From the IMG/VR virus record IMGVR_UViG_3300000285_000003: 64,000 bases of DNA. One strand, 5' to 3'. The first letter of the stretch is position 1, and each line of letters begins with the position of its first letter. The notes under the pieces were generated by a model, which was not told the origin of the DNA, made no database searches, and worked only from the letters and a program-made list of their open reading frames with translations. The position numbers were made by a program, and so were the translations under genes. Below, in pieces: positions 61,884 through 64,000 of the stretch. The DNA is from a virus.

Positions 61884-62282
61884 ATGGATAAGAAGAAAAA
61901 GTGTATAATAGACGAATATAAGACAGTATACGGATTTAGCTTATTCGTTATAATTAACCCGGATAAGTCTGTGATGGATAAAAGATTTGCGTTTAGACAA
62001 GATGAATCATCTATATATGATGGCGAATGGGCAGATTATACAGCCTACACTGTTAGAGGTGCATATGATAAATCAACGGACGAAGATTGCGAAATCATAG
62101 TAGTAAACAAGATCTGGAATAGTGATAATGATGTAAACACGTTTGCTCATGAGTCATTTCATGCAGCTGTAGATATACTTGAGGCATGCCATATAAAGCT
62201 CTCTGATGATACAAATGAGGTATTCGCGTACTTAATTGGGTACTTTACAGAGTGTGTAAACAAAACAGCAAATAAACGATGA
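61884..62282 (+). CDS. Small HExxH (zincin-like) protein, 132 aa
   Basis: This is an intact track ORF ending in TGA (62280-62282). It carries the motif FAHESFHAAVDIL and has no in-frame TAG. Confidence 0.7.
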   Translation: MDKKKKCIIDEYKTVYGFSLFVIINPDKSVMDKRFAFRQDESSIYDGEWADYTAYTVRGAYDKSTDEDCEIIVVNKIWNSDNDVNTFAHESFHAAVDILEACHIKLSDDTNEVFAYLIGYFTECVNKTANKR

Positions 62283-62749
62283 ACTAGTTTGAGATGAGTG
62301 CTGTACTATATTATGCCGACTTCTTGTCTCTACAATACTAGAATAAACCGTGTACAGAATAGTGTAAATATTTCTTTATACATGGAGTACCAGTAAATAT
62401 AGCATACATTGTAGAATAGGAACCAATATACGATCTTGATAATCAATGGTTCTAGAAGAGCCTTAAAGAATATAGTATGCTAAAGCATAAATTCGGCGAA
62501 GATGGAGCTATGAGCTTTATTAAAAACCTATGTAATCTAGGAGTAGCAGGATCTGTAAATGCTACACAAATGATGAAATATATTCATAGATATGACGATA
62601 AATAGGAGCGAGACAAAGCGTTTAGAATGTTTAAATACAACAGATCAAAAGCAAAATATACCCACTTAATACATAACGACGATGGTGAAATTGTAGAGGA
62701 AGAGTGCACAAAATACGTAGCCCATGCTGAGCAAAATAGCAAAAGATAA
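62279..62749 (+). CDS. Hypothetical protein, 156 aa, TAG-containing gene on the plus strand
   Basis: The ATG at 62279-62281 overlaps the upstream TGA (ATGA); an alternative ATG is at 62294. The frame is open to the TAA at 62747-62749 with 6 in-frame TAG (5 from the alternative start). It is invisible in the standard-code track. Confidence 0.65.
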
Positions 62750-62920
62750 AGAATATTTAAGAGCGGCAGAAATAATACAGAAAGCCGAGAGAAACGGTAG
62801 AAGATTAGGATTTTACGAACCAGATAAAGATGAGTCCATTTGATATAATATTCATGTTTTTAATACTTCCAATAGTAGCTACTACCACATGTTGGATAAT
62901 ACTTAAAGATAGTAAAAATA

Positions 62921-63385
62921 ATGGGAAAGATTAGTAAATATAGCAATTTGTACGATAAAGATGGAAAACTTATTAGATCAGTGGATAGTATTTCCGGAAG
63001 ATTGGATGACTATACCATTGAAGAACTAGAAAACCTTGTAGATGAGCTAGCAAAAGACGAAACAAAGCGTACTGAGTATACTAATAGCATGTCCGTACTC
63101 ATGCACATGTATGAAACAAAGGGAAATCCACACAAGAATGAAATAGTAAATAAAATAAACGAGTATGTAAAGACAAAGACTACCAAAACTGAGGTTATAA
63201 ACGCTTTAAAAGATATAAACATTACGGAGTCTAACGACTCCTCCAACGACATAAAAGATGAAGAGGCAAGAGAAAATGGATCCAGCACAGAGGGACGCAT
63301 ACCAGATACTTCTGAAAGAGCTGGAGAACATGGGGGAGGAAGCGACTCCAACGAGACAGATACTACAATTAGCACTGCAGCTTGA
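62921..63385 (+). CDS. Hypothetical protein, 154 aa (3' third may be non-genuine; see overlapping ORF)
   Basis: This is an intact track ORF. The N-terminal ~110 aa look protein-like and helical. The last ~40 aa are low-complexity and overlap ORF 63258..63476. Confidence 0.6.
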   Translation: MGKISKYSNLYDKDGKLIRSVDSISGRLDDYTIEELENLVDELAKDETKRTEYTNSMSVLMHMYETKGNPHKNEIVNKINEYVKTKTTKTEVINALKDINITESNDSSNDIKDEEARENGSSTEGRIPDTSERAGEHGGGSDSNETDTTISTAA

Positions 63386-63476
63386 TGAAAAAGGAGAGTT
63401 CTACAAATTTATAGAAGTATTCGGGGATAGCAGAATAGATGGTAAAGATGTCCTCGGACTGTCCCGAGATAACTAA
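63258..63476 (+). CDS. Overlapping +1-frame ORF, 72 aa (separate gene or frameshift product)
   Basis: This track ORF overlaps the previous one by 128 nt. Its sequence (DPAQRDAYQILLKELENMGEEATPTRQILQLALQLDEKGEFYKFIEVFG) looks more protein-like than the tail it overlaps. Confidence 0.45.
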   Translation: MKRQEKMDPAQRDAYQILLKELENMGEEATPTRQILQLALQLDEKGEFYKFIEVFGDSRIDGKDVLGLSRDN

Positions 63477-63496
63477 AATGATATTAGATATAATAT

Positions 63497-63769
63497 ATGG
63501 AGACGAAGGAGAAGGAAACGGAATTAGTACAATTAGTCAGACAGCTTAGAGATTACGTAATCCTGGACAGAAAAGATTACGAAAAGCTTGTACAGAATAG
63601 TAGTCCAGAAAAGTTCAATGAGAGTGCATTAGAGTCTAGAGATGCACAGATAAAACTGTTGGAACAGCAATTAGCACACCAGGAAGACTGGGTTAACTAT
63701 TGGAAAAATAAGTATGAAAAGTGTCTAGAAGAATTAAAGAAAGAGTCAACTAGATGGTGGAGATTTTAA
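63497..63769 (+). CDS. Hypothetical coiled-coil protein, 90 aa
   Basis: This is an intact track ORF ending in TAA, with no TAG. Confidence 0.65.
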   Translation: METKEKETELVQLVRQLRDYVILDRKDYEKLVQNSSPEKFNESALESRDAQIKLLEQQLAHQEDWVNYWKNKYEKCLEELKKESTRWWRF

Positions 63770-63786
63770 AAATAGGAGATTAAAAT

Positions 63787-64000
63787 ATGTTAGTAGATAT
63801 ATCTGATATTAAAAAAGATTTAAACGAAGAAGAGAAGGAAATCTTTGATAAGGTAATAAAGGCTATGAATACCAAAAGTATTACAGTAAATATGTTGAAC
63901 TTAGCGTTCGCTGTAATATTGTTGTACGTATGCTTTACAATTCTCCCTTTATGGGCTGCTATTTCGCTTATCGGAATAAAGCTTGCAATCCCTATTGCAG
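63787..64000 (+). CDS. Hypothetical membrane protein, 5' partial (runs off the window)
   Basis: ATG at 63787-63789, and the frame is open to the window end. It has a hydrophobic stretch (LNLAFAVILLYVCFTILPLWAAISLIGIKLAIPIA). Confidence 0.5.
   Translation, partial: MLVDISDIKKDLNEEEKEIFDKVIKAMNTKSITVNMLNLAFAVILLYVCFTILPLWAAISLIGIKLAIPIA

Noticed and set aside
62724-62937. Two very small plus-strand ORFs (62724..62843, 39 aa; 62830..62937, 35 aa with a hydrophobic core).
   Set aside because: They are too short to support from sequence alone, though they fill the gap before 62921. I left them unannotated.
1-64000. Searched for CRISPR arrays, rRNA genes, integrase/transposase genes, and IS or prophage ends.
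   Set aside because: I saw no regularly spaced direct repeats, no rRNA-like conserved blocks and no recombinase-like ORFs. The window looks like the interior of a lytic-type phage genome.

Overview
This AT-rich window is almost entirely coding and is part of a tailed-phage genome. About 39 genes run leftward on the minus strand from a divergent control region at 61597-61883, and a few run rightward after it. The leftward order is: small early-type genes, a tRNA/ncRNA island, dUTPase, tail-fibre genes, terminase, portal, scaffold, major capsid protein, connector and tail genes, very large fibre proteins, a lysis cassette, and multi-thousand-residue virion proteins. This content and order best fit a crAss-like (Crassvirales) phage of Bacteroidota. 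The main hidden feature is that TAG is a sense codon. The fragmented ORF track comes from translating with the standard code. Reading through TAG fuses the fragments into long genes, including one frame open for more than 4,816 codons (<1..14449) and genes of 2,497, 1,564 and 1,389 codons. Every gene end I checked is TAA or TGA, often in ATGA or TAATG overlaps with the next start. An amber-suppressor tRNA (anticodon CTA) lies at 59361-59431. Other items worth a second look are two structured non-coding regions (57237-57510 and 59432-59746, the latter holding a duplicated hairpin/pseudoknot motif with compensatory stem changes), an aberrant tRNA-like gene, tRNA T-arm mimics after stop codons, and HExxH and phosphoesterase-like motifs inside structural proteins. 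Gene boundaries come from hand scans of the relevant frames. Functional calls are motif- and position-based and should be confirmed by homology searches.
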